Of a DNA stretch of 64,000 nt, positions 24,570-37,453 are shown one piece after another; the stretch's first letter is position 1, and every line of letters begins with the position of its first letter. The DNA is from Eledone cirrhosa (Eukaryota): positions 120,590,001-120,654,000 of the forward strand of contig OZ024740.1 in NCBI GenBank assembly GCA_964016885.1. The letters run 5' to 3'. The notes below the pieces were generated by a model. It saw nothing but the letters and a program-made list of their open reading frames with translations. It did no database searches and was not told where the DNA came from. The position numbers and the translations under genes are program-made.

Positions 24570-26627
24570 AATATTTGTTATAAATATTTACTAGTTGTAA
24601 CCCAACAATTTTAAATATAACTTTACATGTATATATACATATATATGTATATATATATATATATATATTGAAAAGTTTTTTAACGTATTGCCTATTTTGT
24701 ATTTATTGTGATTATTTTGTATGAGAATCATATAAAAAAACACACATAAATAAGAATAAATCAGATTATACCAAATATATTGATATCTTTGTAAATAAAA
24801 ACTATTTCATGAAATACACTGAATATTTCATGATTAGATGCATTACATAATGCAATGATATAAAATGGAAAACGAAATTTACAGCTCACATCGAAGCAGG
24901 CTTTGCTGCCCTTCCACATGGTTACATCTCAGGTGTTTTAATGATGAGTTCCTCATTCCTATCATGGAAAGCAATGTAAAATGAGCTGTTTTTCTCCAGA
25001 AGACAATGCATCACCTGCTCCAGGAATTGTAACCTTGATCATCAGGCAAACAGACAAACCACTGGGCCACATGATTTCATAATGAAATCATATAATAAAA
25101 CTTAAATTATTTGTATTTTTTTTATTATCAATGCACCCAACAAAATGTAAAAAGTAATATTCTGTGGCAAATAAAACACTAAGCTACCTCATATTCGATA
25201 AAGAGGGAAGTAAAATCATAAACACTTTCATATACACATTTTCACACACACAGGCACACAATATAAATATATGCCTACCTTCATACATAAACAAAGTTTA
25301 ATAAGTAAAGGGATCTACTTTATTATGAGATGACAAGGCAACTGAAAACTCAATATGTTATTACAACCACTAATCATATAGAGTAAAAATATCTGAGGTA
25401 AAATTTACAGGGTAAATTCCAATAATTGTACTTATGCAACATCACAGAGCATATATTTATATAGATAGATAAATGAACCAAGGGTATATGTGGAATTATG
25501 TCATTCAATTATTTTACATACGTTTCACAAATATCAAATAACATCAATTGAGATATATATATATATTTGCTTGTATATGAACATAAATGAATGTGTGTGA
25601 TCATTAGCTATGAAGTCAATTTTTAAGAAGCAGAGAGAAGCCAGACAACAAGAGGTACCATAAGATTAAACACATTAAGAGTGTTTAATTGTGATGGAAA
25701 CATTGGAAGACAAAGAGAAAAGGTAAAGAAATCTGCATAATTTATTGAAAGATATTGTAGTAAGTGTATAAAAGAATAATAAAACAAATAGAAGACAATG
25801 AACTTGAAAGAAGAAAATATGAGCTAAAAGGTTAGGAAAACACTTGCATTGTCTATTAGGATATTGTACATAACATTCAAAAGAGGAAGCATCTCAGCTG
25901 GGCCTATGAGATCCTTGGCCCAAAGATGGAAAGCTTGGTTGATGTCATATTAGATATATTGACAATCTGATGCAGAGTACAGGTTTAGAATCTATTCAGA
26001 AACTGGGAATGACAATGATATGTGGTTTCAATGACTAGATGTCCTTATTAACACCAGCGTGAAAATCTCAGGACGATAATAAATATATTTTTTAAAAGTA
26101 TTAAATATTTTTATATCGATAAACTCTATACATATACCGTTAATTGAAAAATTAACTGACTTAAATTTATAATTTGTTATAGAAAAAGAAGAAAAAAGAA
26201 AATAAGAAAGAAAAAAATGAGAAGGGGAGGGAATGGCAAGACTCTAGTGTCACAGAAACATGGGTAGGGGGAAGGAGGAGGATGACTGGGATCTGGGCCG
26301 TGGCAGTAGAGGGGCCGGGCCCCGCAGACAAGACTGCAAGAGTACTATTTCCTCTTGTTTTTGACAGTTCAAGAGCATATATATATATATATATATATAC
26401 ATGTGTGTAAGTCTATCTCTTTGTCTGTCTCTCTCATATACATATGAGGTTAAGATGAGGAAAAGAATCCAGCTTTAGAAACCAAGTGAAAATCGGTTCT
26501 GTATGAGCAAGACATGGTCACCTGACCTGGCATTGCTCAGAACAGGATCATTCATCTAACACATGCCAGCATGGAAAAATGGACATTAAATGAGGATGAT
26601 GATGGTGATATATATATAAGGAGATGT

Positions 26628-26912
26628 ATTTGAAAATATAATGGAGCCTTTTAACAATATTTATTTACTTTACCGGTTCCACAGTTCTTATGATCATCAA
26701 AAGTAAGATTGGGATGGAGGGTATAAGTATCTGTTGTGGTGTGTCTCACAGATGCCAGACAAGGACCCTCCATCTTAAAGTTACTTTTGATAATCATAAA
26801 AACTGTGAAACAGGTAAATAAATAAATATTCATAAAAGGCTCCAGCTGCATTTTCAAATTCTTTTGCTTATATTTTTACTGTCTGGGACATTTAAAATTA
26901 AACCTACTTTCT
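26628..26912. mobile_element. Family B fold-back insertion (arms 26628-26722 / 26765-26859) with tail and degenerate HHRs
   Basis: Inverted arms. HHR-like actt TTGATGA..GGAACCGGTA aagt (26667-26704, minus) and actt TTGATAA..GAAACAGGTA (26783-26819, plus). Confidence 0.7.
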
Positions 26913-27243
26913 CTGAGAGAGAGAGAAACATACATACATACACACAGATGTACCAAACCTCTGCTGGTTTTGATAACAAATGTTTCAGTTGATTCAATCA
27001 ATCAAATTGTCTACTCATGAAATCAATGTGCCAGTGGCTCAGCATTCCACTGACACATGCTCTTAAAATAATTCTAAGTGAGATTCAGCATCACACAGAG
27101 AGGTACAAATCATTTTTACAGCTGAGTAGACTGGAATAACTGGTAATAGTTTAGGTCAGGGACACAATGAGCCACTGGGAATTGAACATCTACCTTACTA
27201 GTATGTGATAAACAATTTAGCCATTAAGCCATGTACTTCTTTC

Positions 27244-27370
27244 TATGTATGTATGTATGTATGTATGTATGTATGTATGTATGTATGTATGTATGTATGT
27301 ATGTATGTATGTATGTATGTATGTGTGTATGTGTGTGTGTGCGTGCGTGCGTGCGTGTGTGTGTGTGTGT
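27244..27370. repeat. (ATGT)n/(GT)n microsatellite
   Basis: Direct reading. Confidence 0.97.
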
Positions 27371-27600
27371 GGAATGTTGTGTGCTAAACTAGGAGGATAC
27401 TGGCTGTGTGAATTGAGGAAATTGCGGGTACTTTAACTTTTTTTTAAATGTTAGTCCACCGATAAAATAATTAAATTGTTTCCAAAGCCTTAGGTCTCTG
27501 GCTGGAAGGTTGTATTACAAATATTCCTTTGCATATGCTCCAAATGAATTTATTGAGCATATTGTAAACAGCAGGATTGAAATCACGGGATATCGATCTA

Positions 27601-27656
<56 letters not shown>

Positions 27657-27657
<1 letters not shown>

Positions 27658-27842
27658 CAAAGGAATTGTGGTAAGGAACCAGATGGACCATAACGCACAG
27701 AATACTCAATACTTAGGGTAGTAGAGTGGGAAATAGGAAAAAGTATGACCCCGATGGTAGAGCTCAAGCCGTTTCGACGGCTATGTAGTCCAGAAATAGC
27801 CGTCGAAACGGCTTGAGCTCTGCCGTCGGGGTCATACTTTTT

Positions 27843-27847
<5 letters not shown>
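27657..27847. mobile_element. Fold-back insertion (52-bp arms 27733-27784 / 27796-27847) with left tail, in (TA)n
   Basis: Nearly perfect inverted arms containing GAAACGGCTT (possible HHR 3' half). Confidence 0.8.
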
Positions 27848-27872
<25 letters not shown>

Positions 27873-27876
<4 letters not shown>

Positions 27877-28255
27877 TAAAAGGAATTCAAACTTTGTCTG
27901 ATTTACTCGTTTTATTTACAATCCTTTAAAATTTATAATGGTATTAGAATGAAATCGTATGGTAGAATATTAAATGTTAAGTGTTAATTGAACAGGTACT
28001 TTCATGATTTCGCAATCTTCAGGTTCATAATGTGTGGTGACAGTCAAGTTTGTAATTTTCAACAGTTCAAAATTGCAAACTTGACTGTCACCACACATTA
28101 TGAACCTGAAGTTTGCAAAAGCATGAAAGTACTTTTTCAATTAACACTTAACATTTAATATTCTATCATACTATTTCATTATAATACCATTATAAATTTT
28201 AAAGGATTGTAAATAAAACGAGTAAATCAGACAAAGTTGGAATTCCTTTTATTAA
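27873..28255. mobile_element. Fold-back insertion (187-bp arms, 9-nt loop) carrying HHR motifs, in (TA)n
   Basis: The two-arm consensus gaac CTGAAGA ttgc-gaaa-gcat GAAA GTAC Ty gttc lies at 27990-28026 (minus) and 28102-28138 (plus). Confidence 0.85.
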
Positions 28256-28390
28256 TATATATATATATATATATAGATATATATATATATATATAGATAT
28301 ATATATGTAGATATATATGTAGATATATATATAGATATATATAGATATATATATATAGATATATATATAGATATATATATAGATATATAG

Positions 28391-30335
28391 TTATTGGGTC
28401 CGCAGAGATAGACCCTCGGAATTTGACATTACGATGGGTGCTAATGATTCGGCGGAGGTTACGGATCTGGTTGGAATCTATATAGCCCACAGACTCCAGA
28501 GCGAATTTACTGACCACCACGGTGGAATCTACCGCGACGATACACTTCTATTAGTCAAGAATACGAACAAAAACCTAGAAAGGCGACGTAAAAACATTAG
28601 GAAACTTTTCTTAGAACTAGGGCTTAATATTACCTTCGACCACAATCTTAAGGTGGTCAACTTCTTGGATGTCACCTTCAACCTTAATAACGGTAATATA
28701 GAGCCATTTCACAAACTTAATGAAAATCTCAAGTACGTTAATGTAAAATCAAACCATCCCCCATCCATTATTAAATCTATCCCTAAAAATATATCCATAA
28801 GGATCTCCCGACTGTCATCTAATTTGCAGACCTTCAACGAGCATGCTGAATATTATAATGACGCACTTAGAAAAGCTGGTTACTGCGGAAAATAGAATAT
28901 CTAGATGATAACCGCATAGGTACTATGAATAAACCACATCTAAGTCGAACTAGTATTGCACCACACACACACATCAATAGGCATACTAATAGGTGCAAAC
29001 CAACCAATAGAGTCAGACGTAGAGAGTACATATGGTATAACCCCGTGTACAATATTTCTATTAGCACTAAGAATATCTCACAATTCTATACACTGATCAA
29101 TAAACACTTTACAACTTCACATAAATACTATACAATCTTAAACTCGCACACCATTAGACTCTCATACTCCACTGCACCTAACATAGAACAACTAATTAAA
29201 AAACTCAACTCAACAATACTAAATAAGTACATCCCTAATGACACAGCGCACCTGCATAGCGACATACAACGCACTAACACGCAACTACAACCCCACCAAA
29301 CTATCCAGGATACTACTGCAAGACATAAAAATAACTGGAACTGCACCAAACCAGGTACGTGCCCACTGAATAACCAGTGCCTAGCACGCAATATTGTCTA
29401 CCGATGTACAATAAATTCCGGAACCAACAAATGGTATTACGTCGGATGTACCGCAACATCTTTCAAAGCTCACCTATACCAACATCGATCTTCGATCAGG
29501 CATGAGAAAATGCGCTCCGTAACAACACTCGCCGATAAAGCCTGGCAGCTTCGAAGGAACAATCAAGCATTCTCCCTTAATTGGCAAATTATTGCAGCTG
29601 CGCCTGCATAGGAGCAGAATCATCGATTCTGTAAATTATGCAATATGGAGATATACTGCATTTTAACGTCGGAAAACAAACTTTTGAACAGCAAAATTGA
29701 ACGTTCACTTTACTGTAACCATCGTTTGAAAACGACTTTTTCTTTTTTTAAATGCATGTAATGTTACCTTTTTACACCACCGTTTGGAAATTTCTGTTTT
29801 ATATGTTTATACACACGATATGGCTTTCTATAATAATAGTACTAAACACTGTTCTTTGGACCCCTTTAGAAATAACCTGCTACTATAATAGCCCCAATAA
29901 CTTGTCCGTAATTCTGTACTACTTTGACCCCTTTAACTAAATTTTGTCCAAACAACACCACTAGAAGAATTTACTTCCCCCGCCAACCTTAACACGCCTC
30001 ATTAAGCTACTGCTGCCAAAACATTTTCTCCTTACAATCTCTACTACCCTGACAGTCTTAAATCCTAAGACTCCCTCCCCCTTACTCACTTCCCTCTTCC
30101 TCTTTCCTTCCTACCTCCTTCTTTCTCTTACATCTAGTGTATAAAATATTTTCATATCATTCTACTACAAAGGTCTGACGACATGGTGTGTTTTCTTACA
30201 GTGTACCTACGATTTATGATAATGTTTTTATATTATACAAATAGCGAGGTATAGGTAACCCATACACTATAGAAACAATTGTTACCTAATAAATTCTTTA
30301 TAAACGCATTTCCGTTTCATAAACTTCTTCTTCAT
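28391..30335 (+). mobile_element. 5'-truncated Penelope-like element (YRDD-type, tentatively Nematis-like) with 3' pLTR
   Basis: [59 protein letters not shown]. Disrupted at ~28893 and 29609. Flanked by TA-rich microsatellites. Confidence 0.9.
30171..30287 (+). ncRNA. Type I hammerhead ribozyme with long stem II
   Basis: aggt CTGACGA c atggtgtg..(long insert)..tacactat a GAA ACAATTGT T acct. Confidence 0.7.
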
Positions 30336-30336
30336 A

Positions 30337-30459
30337 TAGATATATATATAGATATGTATATATAGATATGTATATATATATACATATCTATATATACATA
30401 TCTATATATACATATCTATATATATATATATACATCTCTCTCTCTCTCTCTCTCTCTCG

Positions 30460-30500
<41 letters not shown>

Positions 30501-30621
30501 GATATATATATAGATATATATATATATATATAGATATATTTATATAGATATATATACAGATATGTATATATAGATATATATATACAGATATGTATATATA
30601 GATATATATATATATATATAG

Positions 30622-30686
<65 letters not shown>

Positions 30687-30819
30687 TATGTATATAGATA
30701 TGTATATATAGATATGTATATGTAGATATGTATATATATATATGTATATATATAGATATGTATATATATATATAGAGAGAGAGATATGTATATATATATC
30801 TCTATATATATATCTATAT
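30337..30819. repeat. Compound (TA)n/GATATG microsatellite
   Basis: Direct reading. Confidence 0.9.
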
Positions 30820-30878
30820 AAATGGAATAGGATGAAATGAAATTTCATTTCTCACTCTTACATACATACTTACATTTA
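30820..30878. mobile_element. 59-bp family C mini-insertion (inverted tail joined to pLTR end)
   Basis: 30820-30860 matches 36748-36790; 30861-30878 is the reverse complement of 36805-36822. Confidence 0.7.
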
Positions 30879-30906
30879 TATCTATCTATATATATATATA
30901 TATATC

Positions 30907-30931
<25 letters not shown>

Positions 30932-30937
<6 letters not shown>

Positions 30938-32590
30938 ACAAACCAAACAACCAACGGCACCAGCAACAACAACAACAACAACAACAACAATGTTACGGAC
31001 AAAAACAACACCAACAACAATAACAATAACAACAAGACCAATAACTGTGATAACAGCAACAATGATAACAACAACACCACCAACTACAACAGCAACACAC
31101 ACAAGGAAAAGGTCTCCTTCGCCCAGACGGCAAGGAAAACCCTCGACTATCTGCCAGTAAATATAACCAAAGTGAAGGAGCTACTGGCAGATGCCAAAAA
31201 ATACATAATGTACGGGGAAAACGAATCATTTTCGCCCCCCCCCCCAGAACTAAAAAGCCAGAGACTCCTAAACACTGTCATGTTTAGGACAGTCTCAAAC
31301 AAAAGCAAAAAACCAGCCCAACCATCACAGAGTGAGATAGAGCTTGTTTTAAAAGACGTCATGAAAGACATCACATTCATTCAGAAAGATAGACACTACA
31401 GGGACACAACAGTGAAACTGTCCATAAAACCAATTACATCCACCGCATACACCTTCTACCCTATGTACATGGGTAGAAGGACACAAAACATAAAAATCCA
31501 CACCATCCTGCCGATTATGGACATATGGTGGGTTTTGACAGGTTTCCTGAACCTAGATGATGACACACTAATATCCATGGGAAAGGCATCGGGTGACGCG
31601 TTCAGTGGAATGAGCCTCGAACTTGTAGTTCAAATGAGGCCCGAAAGGATCGCCCAGATCCCTGAACGCGTCATACTGGATGATCAAACTTTTATCAACA
31701 TTGCCGTTGAGTGGAGGCGGCCCTCGTGTTACCTCTGTGGAACCAGAGGTCACCTGAGGGCTGTCTGTCCTCAACTTAATAAGAAAACCCCAATCCTGCC
31801 TACACCACTAACAACTGCACAACCAACACAATCACCACAACCACCACTACAAAAACAACAACCACAGCTCAAACCAAAACAAAACAATGTCCAACCCATC
31901 CTCCCCACTAAAAAAAAAACAATTTCCAAAACATCCGCACCGCAAACACAACCCGAAAATCTACCCCTCCCCTCCAAAGCGGAAGATGACCCTCGTTCGT
32001 CGTCAGACGAGGAGGAGCACTTCCACACAATCAAAAGAAAAAAAAGAAAACACACCTCAGACACACAAATGAAAACAACCCCTCCCCAAAACATAACACT
32101 GACACCAACACAACAGAGCACACAACAACAGCAAACAAAAAACACAACACAAAAACAAAAACATGCATACACATACATAAACACAAGAAATAAAAGACTG
32201 TTAAACATTGTGTACAACAACAATTTGATAAAAACCCAAGGGCCTAACTTCACCCAGGCAGGGGATTTCCCCCACCTCAAAATGATTAAGGCCCCAGAGG
32301 ACACATATAAAACACTAAAAAACAACTTTAAAGAGGACGTGCCCCCCCCCCCCCCCTGCTTCGGGCCCATTAACCGCGTCCTCCTAAAAAACCTACCCCA
32401 CCTTCTCCCCAAAACACCCACACAACTCCAAACAACCCAACCACACAACACACTGATGCCCCTACACTTCCACAAACCACCAACCCGCCCAACAACCCAT
32501 CCCCCACCCTCATGGAAATTGTGCAGCCTGATACCCGGGACGCAGAGAGGTAAGTGCCTTTTCTCTTCACCACCAACATGGCTATGCTAA
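30932..32590 (+). CDS. LINE ORF1 (gag-like zinc-knuckle protein)
   Basis: 552 aa; CYLCGTRGHLRAVC (CX2CX4HX4C), poly-Asn N-terminus, SFAQ motif, basic KRKKRK. Confidence 0.8.
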
Positions 32591-33090
32591 GAGTAGGCTG
32601 TCTAAATGCGCGTGGCCTGGGCTCAACTTGGAAGCAAGCAATGCTTCTAAATGACCTCAGGTCACAACGTATAGATGTGATGGTTATTTGTGAGGCCCGG
32701 ATCAGCAACGTGGGGCGGCTGGCCCCCACCTTTGATGACTTTGAGATGCACGCATCTCTCTGTCAGCCCGGAGGTGGGGGTGGGGTTGTCGTTCTGTCCG
32801 AGTCTATTATAACGATCAAGCCGCCTCCCCTCTTCAAAAACGAAGGAGAGGCGGTGTTTCTGTGCGTAATAGCCATGGCGAAAGAGGTTGTATGGTGGAC
32901 GCGTCTGAAAGGACTGAGGACAGACACCTTACTCTCTGGCCAACAACTGGTCCGTTTCTTCCGATATCATTTCGGAAGAAGGATCAGGATGGAGAGAGAG
33001 GTGCTGCACCCCAGCCGTTTTTATGAAAGATGGGTGAAAGTGGCGAGAATGGCCCGTGTGAATGGGCCTTCACTCTACATCAGACTATAG
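32578..33090 (+). pseudogene. LINE ORF2 remnant: APE endonuclease N-terminus fused in frame to ORF2 C-terminus, RT absent
   Basis: LRVGCLNARGL...IDVMVICE...GGGVVVL joined to AMAKEVVWWTR...RFYERW. Confidence 0.8.
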
Positions 33091-33360
33091 GTGAGGAAGA
33101 TGAAAGATCAAGGGAGCACCCCCTCTCTGTGCTCCTGAGGAGCAGGGTTGCACACTTTTTTTTTTGGGGGGGGGATGCAACCCCCCAAGGCGCCTCCTCC
33201 CTATTGAGGATTTTGTTATAAAATTTATTTTGTTATATTTTATTTTATTTTTATATATTGTTATTGCCTCCTCCTTATTGAAGACGCCTTTTCATGTAAA
33301 CTCCCCCCATTGTACTTGTCCCACCTTTTGATGCCCTGGTGGCAAATAAAAAGAAAATTT

Positions 33361-33391
<31 letters not shown>

Positions 33392-33410
33392 CTCTCTCTA
33401 TATATATATA

Positions 33411-33744
33411 GGCACATAGCTTAGTGGTTAGAACATTGGCCTTGCAATCGAAATGTTGTGAGTTCAATTCTCGGACCGGGTGATGTGTTGTTTCCTTGAG
33501 CAAGACACTTTATTTCAGATTGCTCCAGTTTACTCAGCTGTAGAAATGAGATGATAGGGACTGGGGTCCCTATCATTCCACTGCAAAGTGGTCGTGGAGG
33601 TGCCACGGCAAAAAATCACCCAGCATTCACTGTAAATGAGGTTGATGTTAGGAAGGGCATCCAGCTGTAGAAATCAAGCCAGAATCAGTCCCCGTCCCAC
33701 CCTTGCAAGCAGGGAAAAGTGGACGTAAAATGAAATGATGATGA
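33411..33744 (+). mobile_element. Full tRNA-head SINE with CORE/V-like body and RTE tail
   Basis: TAGCTTAGTGG A-box, GAGTTCAATTC B-box, TCCTTGAGCAAGACAC, AGGAAGGGCATCCAGCTG, ACCCTTGCAAGCAGGGAA, (TGA)n. Confidence 0.85.
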
Positions 33745-33752
33745 TATTATAT

Positions 33753-33938
33753 ATTGTTTCTACTTTAGGCACAAGGCCAGCAATTACCCAGTGCATTACT
33801 GGTACTTTATTTTATCGACCCCGTAAGGATGAAAGGCAAAGTCAACCTCGGCGGGATTTGAACTCAGATCGTAAAAGGACGTAACTATGCTGGAAAGCAT
33901 GGCGTCCGACCCTCCACCGATACTGCCAATCCACCGCC
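33753..33938 (-). mobile_element. Meta-core tRNA SINE, near full length
   Basis: Starts GGCGGTGGATTGGCAGTATCGG; A and B boxes and core intact. Confidence 0.9.
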
Positions 33939-33961
33939 TGATGATATTATATATTATATAT

Positions 33962-34315
33962 ATATATTGAAAGGATAACAAGGACGATTGGTTACTCCTT
34001 CATTACATTTATTGATAGGTGACGCGCGTTTCGCCACTGATCAGCTCAAGGTTCGAGCTGTATTGATCTTACCCAACTCAATAATCGGCAGCTCGACGAG
34101 CTCGTCGGGTAAGATCAATACAGATCGAAGCTTGAGCTGATCAGTGGCGAAACGCGCGTCACCTACCAATAAATGTAATGAAGGAGTAACCAATCGTCCT
34201 TGTTATCCTTTCAATATATTACACTCTGTATAGCCCTACACCTCATCACAGAAGTGAACCTAAACATCGAGTACTCACCAGGGTGAACCTGCAGTAACTC
34301 CATGTTACACTGCCT

Positions 34316-34316
<1 letters not shown>
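33962..34316. mobile_element. Fold-back insertion (113-bp arms 33962-34074 / 34107-34219) with ~97-nt tail
   Basis: Near-perfect inverted arms; each has an HHR 3' half GAAA CGCGCG TC acct followed by AATAAA. Confidence 0.85.
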
Positions 34317-34363
<47 letters not shown>

Positions 34364-35730
34364 GTATATATATATATGTATGTATATGTATATAATTTCT
34401 ACAAACTAGAATTGTTTTAAATGAAGTCATTTTTATAAGAAATAAATATGTATCTTATCTACTAAAGTACTGAGTGCCTAATTCAACTGTGGTTTCTTCC
34501 CAGTCCACCTCGTAAAAAACATGCTTCATCACACAAACACAACAATGCTTGCCTACAAAAGTTGTCTAGAAAAATAATGACTTTTTTATATTGATTATTT
34601 TAGAGATTATTTAATCCTTCCGATGAGAACAGTTTAGGAGTATTTATTGCTTTTTATGGCTTTCGTATAATTTTTTTTATATAAGTTGAACTTCTTTATT
34701 TTCTCTTTTTATTTAATCTTGAGAAACCTAACTTCAGAAAATAATTCAGTGTCTGCAGTTGAAAGATATATTTTTAGTGAGGAGTGTGTTTTTATCTGCA
34801 TGAATGTATGTATACGTGCACGTGCATACAAGCCTACATGTGCATATGTATTCGCAGTTGAAAGATGTAATTTTAGTAAGGAATATATGTTTGTGTCTGC
34901 ATAAGTATGTCTATATCCACATAGATTAAGCCTAAAGTGCATATGTGTATGTCTGTGTACATGTTTATATATATATACATACATGCATTAGTGTTTATAC
35001 TGTAGTGCATGCATATATTGAATACACATGCATTTGACAGTGTGCTTGTGTTTGTGTATACCTCACTGAATATATATGAAGTTGCATGCAAGCTGTTTGT
35101 GTGTACATGTGTATTATTGGGCCCATATATATGAGAATATATCTTTAAGTGTATGTCTAGGCATATACATTTGTTTGAATTGAGATTTATATTTATGTAA
35201 TGAATGGGTGACTGCCAGTATACACGACTGTCCAAGTTTGAGTGTGGTTGCCTTCATTTATGTCTATACGTATGTATATGTGTATGTTCTTGAATATGTT
35301 CATATGTCTAAATACATGTTTATGTGAAGGAATTTATTAGATGGTAAAATGTAAGATGAGGGGAGAAATGGGTAGAAATGGGGTATGGAGAGAGAGAATG
35401 ATGATTTTGAGCAAATAGTGACAAACAAAACAAAGCAAAGAGAAGGCTTCTGATGGATATAGAAAAAACGATCCGAGACAGTAGTGAAAATTATATACAT
35501 GAAGAAATGTGTAAAAATATGGTGAAAGAATTAAAAGTAAAGCAAGAAAAAGCAAGGAAGATGGTATGAAAAATGAAAATTGGAAGGGAAAGAGGATAGA
35601 ATGGAAATACAATGAGAAGGGAAAATTTATGAAAAAAATAGGTATGAAAATGAAAGTTTATATATATATATATATCAATTTATTATGGCAATGTGAGAGG
35701 CCTTATAATTCTGGGATCATCAGACAAATA

Positions 35731-35731
35731 A

Positions 35732-35762
<31 letters not shown>

Positions 35763-36747
35763 CAAACAAATACATATATATATATACATATACATATATA
35801 CAAATATATACATATATATATATATACATATACATATATACAAATATATACATATATACATATACATATATTCAAATATATACATATATATATATACATA
35901 TACATATATACAAATATATACATATATATATATACATATACATATATACATATACATATATACATATACATATATACATATACATATATATATATACATA
36001 TACATATATACAAATATATACATATATATATATGTAGATAAATCTACCAAGAGTTTACGGTAGTGTCCAATCCGTATGAAGAACTCAATTTGTACATAGA
36101 TCTGTTGAATATGCATGCCAATTCTAACACATATATATCCTAGAAACGATCGTTAAATAATGAACTTTTTTTGTTTAATATAAGGAACTGTTTCATTGTT
36201 TTATTCATTATTATTTTAATATTTTACATATATATATATACATATACATATATACAAATATATACATATATATATATACATATACATATATACAAATATA
36301 TACATATATATATATACATATACATATATACAAATATATACATATATATATATACATATATACAAATATATACATATATATATATACATATACATATATA
36401 CATATATATACATATACATATATACAAATATATACATATACATATATACAAATATATACATATATATATACATATACATATATACAAATATATATATATA
36501 TACATATACATATATACATATAAATATGTATATATACATATACATATATATATATACATATATATATATACATATACATATATATATATACATATACATA
36601 TATATATATACATATACATATATATATATACATATACATATATATATATACATATGCATATATATATATATACATATACATATATATATATACATATACA
36701 TATATATATATACATATACATATATACAAATATATACATATATATAT
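35731..36747. repeat. Compound TA/CATA/TACAAA microsatellite interrupted at ~36035-36225
   Basis: Direct reading. Confidence 0.9.
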
Positions 36748-36861
36748 AAATTGGAATAGAATGAAACGAAATTTCATTTCTCACTCTTAGTATGGCACTT
36801 ACTTAAATGTAAGTATGTATGTATACGTACATACATATATGTATACAGACGTACAGTAGCT

Positions 36862-36933
<72 letters not shown>

Positions 36934-37267
36934 CAGGCACACATATATATATGTACGTATCAGTTTAGCGAATATTTATTATAATATTCGCTTTGTTCAT
37001 TTGTAAACAAACGGACAGCCTGATTTATGCCGTACGGTGTTAAGGCAACCACGTCACCTTTTTGTTCAACACTGACACAGGAACGATGTACTAGTTTCAA
37101 GCTTATTAGCTATCGTCAGCACCGTATACCCTTCTGCCAGATAGTTGAACGTTCGAAAGTATATACTTTCCTTATGAAAATTAACGGCTGAGCAGCCTAA
37201 TTTGCATATCGAGTGAGTTCAGTCGGCCAGGCGCACCGAAAACGATAAATTGGAATAGAATGAAACG
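36748..37267 (-). mobile_element. Non-coding ~499-bp HHR element (family C) with 21-bp terminal redundancy
   Basis: AAATTGGAATAGAATGAAACG at 36748-36768 and 37247-37267; no ORF; one HHR. Confidence 0.75.
37083..37125 (-). ncRNA. Minimal type I hammerhead ribozyme
   Basis: acggtg CTGACGA t agct-aata-agct t GAAA CTAG TA catcgt. Confidence 0.85.
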
Positions 37268-37269
37268 CA

Positions 37270-37303
<34 letters not shown>

Positions 37304-37304
37304 C

Positions 37305-37335
<31 letters not shown>

Positions 37336-37339
37336 CACT

Positions 37340-37453
37340 CAGATGGTGGATGGGTGCTACACGAGAATGCTGAGGATGGCTCTGAACATTAATCAGTATA
37401 CACTGAGGATGAAAAACTCAGAGCTGTATGGGAGCATCCTAAAAGTCAGCTCA
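37340..37453 (+). mobile_element. Short LINE RT C-terminal fragment
   Basis: [14 protein letters not shown]...NSELYG, typical of RTE-like LINE thumb region. Confidence 0.6.

Larger units (their letters stand above)
30932..33361 (+). mobile_element. Internally deleted Tx1/L1-clade non-LTR retrotransposon
   Basis: ORF1 with CCHC knuckle, ORF2 with APE N-terminus fused to the C-terminus, AATAAA at the 3' end, flanked by (TA)n and (TCTA)n. Confidence 0.85.
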
